Of a DNA stretch of 64,000 bases, positions 62,038 to 64,000 are shown in pieces; position 1 is the stretch's first letter; each line of letters starts with the position of its first letter. The position numbers and the translations under genes were made by a program. The notes under the pieces were generated by a model, which saw nothing but the letters and a program-made list of their open reading frames with translations, was not told where the DNA came from and ran no database searches. The DNA is taken from positions 29 to 64,028 of the forward strand of contig JAFRPY010000005.1 in the NCBI GenBank assembly GCA_017428925.1, in the 5' to 3' direction. Origin of the DNA: Prevotella sp. (GTDB taxonomy: Bacteria; Bacteroidota; Bacteroidia; Bacteroidales; Bacteroidaceae).

Positions 62038-62445
62038 TAACCACTTCCCGTCGCGCTTGACCATTGGAACGACAACCTCCTCGACGGTACTGTCGCCAAA
62101 GCATAACAGCAGGAAAGCCTCAGCTACCATGCCTGCCGAATCGTTCACACAGTTGACTACCTCCACCTTCTTGATACCATGATGTTCGTCGTTCTGCTGC
62201 CCGATAAACATCTTGGCATTTGCCACAAGCTGGCTGCGATAGCTGTCGGGAATTCTTTCCGGCATATTCATTCCTTCCACGAATTTCTCGGGGTGCCCTT
62301 CCAACAGCACGTCATAATAGCCCTTTGCCGCATTGGCAGCCGCAAAATCAACCTTATTGCCCTGGGAACAGGCCAACAGAAGAACCACTCCCCAAAAAGG
62401 GAAGGCCCTTAAAACGGTTTTGATAACACGGCTGACTGTGCCCAT
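62029..62445 (-). CDS. Hypothetical lipoprotein
   Basis: Lipobox LLAC; starts directly after the der stop; C-terminal MVKRDGKW. Confidence 0.7.
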   Translation of the reverse strand: MGTVSRVIKTVLRAFPFWGVVLLLACSQGNKVDFAAANAAKGYYDVLLEGHPEKFVEGMNMPERIPDSYRSQLVANAKMFIGQQNDEHHGIKKVEVVNCVNDSAGMVAEAFLLLCFGDSTVEEVVVPMVKRDGKWLMK

Positions 62446-62446
62446 T

Positions 62447-63760
62447 CTATTTTTGTCGGATAAACACATTGATGGGCGAGCCTGTCAACGACCAGTTCTC
62501 GCGTATCTTATTCTCCAGAAAGCGCTTGTATGGCTCCTTCACATATTGCGGCAAATTCGCATAGAACACAAAGGTAGGAATCTTCGTGTCGGGCACCTGC
62601 GAGATATACTTAATCTTGATGTATTTTCCCTTGATGGAAGGCGGGGGAGTCATCTCAATGATGGGCAACAGCACCTCATTAAGTTTCGACGTTCCAATCT
62701 TGATTTTGCGGTTCAGGTAAACCTGCTTGGCTGTCTCAAGCACTTTGAAAATGCGCTGTTTGGTGAGGGCCGACGCAAAAATGATGGGGAAATCCTTGAA
62801 GGGTGACAGGTGGTCGCGGATAGTATCCTCGAAATACTTGATGGCCTTCTGGCTCTTGTCCTCCACCAAGTCCCACTTGTTCACCACAACCACCAGCGAC
62901 TTCTGGTTCTTCTGAATCAGCTGGAAGATATTCATGTCCTGGGCCTCAATGCCGCGGGTACCGTCGAGCATCAGGATGCAGACATCGCTGTTCTCAATGG
63001 CACGGATACTGCGCATCACCGAATAGAACTCCAGGTTCTCGTTCACCTTGTTCTTACGGCGGATACCCGCTGTATCAACCAGATAGAAATCAAAGCCGAA
63101 CTTGTCGAAACGGGTGTAGATAGAGTCGCGTGTAGTACCTGCAATATCGGTCACGATATGCCGGTCTTCACCGATGAAAGCGTTGATTATAGAACTTTTT
63201 CCCACATTCGGGCGGCCCACCACGGCAAAGCGTGGAATACCTTCTTCGGCAATATCGCTGTCCCTCTCAGGCAGCTTCTCCAGCACCAAGTCGAGCAGTT
63301 CACCCGTACCCGAGCCCGAGACAGCACTCACACAGACAGGATCGCCAAGCCCAAGCCTGTAGAATTCGCCCGAGACATAAATACCGTCATTGTTATCCAC
63401 CTTGTTGACCACCAGAATAACAGGAAGTTTCGTGCGGCGGAGAATCTTGGCCACGTCGCTGTCCCAGTCGGTCAGACCGTTTTGTGCATCTACCAGGAAC
63501 AGCAGCAGGTCAGCCTCTTCTGTGGCCACCATCACCTGCTTGCGGATTTCCTCCTCGAAGATGTCGTCTGAGTTTACCACCCATCCGCCTGTATCCACCA
63601 CGGAGAACTCACGTCCATTCCAGTCGCAATGTCCATACTGGCGGTCGCGTGTCGTGCCAGCCTCATCGCTAACGATGGCCTGTCGGCTCTTGGTCAGGCG
63701 GTTAAATAAAGTGGACTTTCCCACATTTGGGCGTCCCACTATGGCTACTAAATTTCCCAT
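62447..63760 (-). CDS. der: Ribosome biogenesis GTPase Der (EngA)
   Basis: Two GTPase domains (GRPNVGKS x2, DTGG/DTAG, NKVD/NKWD). Confidence 0.98.
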   Translation of the reverse strand: MGNLVAIVGRPNVGKSTLFNRLTKSRQAIVSDEAGTTRDRQYGHCDWNGREFSVVDTGGWVVNSDDIFEEEIRKQVMVATEEADLLLFLVDAQNGLTDWDSDVAKILRRTKLPVILVVNKVDNNDGIYVSGEFYRLGLGDPVCVSAVSGSGTGELLDLVLEKLPERDSDIAEEGIPRFAVVGRPNVGKSSIINAFIGEDRHIVTDIAGTTRDSIYTRFDKFGFDFYLVDTAGIRRKNKVNENLEFYSVMRSIRAIENSDVCILMLDGTRGIEAQDMNIFQLIQKNQKSLVVVVNKWDLVEDKSQKAIKYFEDTIRDHLSPFKDFPIIFASALTKQRIFKVLETAKQVYLNRKIKIGTSKLNEVLLPIIEMTPPPSIKGKYIKIKYISQVPDTKIPTFVFYANLPQYVKEPYKRFLENKIRENWSLTGSPINVFIRQK

Positions 63761-63778
63761 AATCAGTTATTTTGGGGA

Positions 63779-63866
63779 CAAAGTTACGAAAAAACGAGAG
63801 CAGAACAAAATAAACTCGTTTATTTTTTATGCCGAGTGCATTGTAAGTTATCTAAAGTTAGTGCAA
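63779..63866. repeat. Palindromic element embedded in the der promoter
   Basis: CAAAGTTA ... AAAATAAAC-tc-GTTTATTTT ... CCGAGTGCA ... AAAGTTAGTGCAA; homologous to 60311-60407. Confidence 0.65.
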
Positions 63867-64000
63867 AATTCTTCTATGTTGCTATCCAAATAATTGGATA
63901 ATATTTATTGTTTATTAACTATTCTGTATCAATCACTTAGCGTGAAGTCCGTTAGTACGATGACTTTTGAAGAGGATGTAGCAATCAGCCCAACGCCTCA

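Overview
Chromosomal window from a Bacteroidales genome, most likely Prevotella-like, judged from gene content and TTTG-N19/20-TAnnTTTG promoters. All gene calls come from motif recognition; no database search was run. Housekeeping genes include parC, asd, asnS, rluB-like, purB, paaK, mutL, two SurA-type PPIases, guaB, recQ, clpX, clpP, tig, lptB, mlaE/mlaF, der, tRNA-Leu(TAG) and tRNA-Val(TAC). Two accessory envelope regions stand out. (1) 6.2-19.1 kb, downstream of tRNA-Leu: a type V pilus (fimbrillin) operon faces a six-gene operon encoding a K+ channel, a CHASE2 sensor with no output domain, a secreted Sel1-repeat caspase-like (C14) protease, a DUF4384-like protein and two exported unknowns. 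This is the best candidate for an undescribed system. (2) 24.2-33.8 kb: a 1613-aa collagen-containing surface lipoprotein with a small lipoprotein, a T9SS-type cargo protein and OmpA. The window also holds an internally deleted Rpn nuclease gene, an unannotated 42-aa ORF coupled to a DUF6169-like gene, and several non-coding repeat families: 22-bp periodic arrays, a dispersed ~350-bp element, promoter-embedded palindromes, REP-like palindromes, and heptamer repeats inside coding sequences. No CRISPR array, rRNA, integrase or reverse transcriptase was seen.
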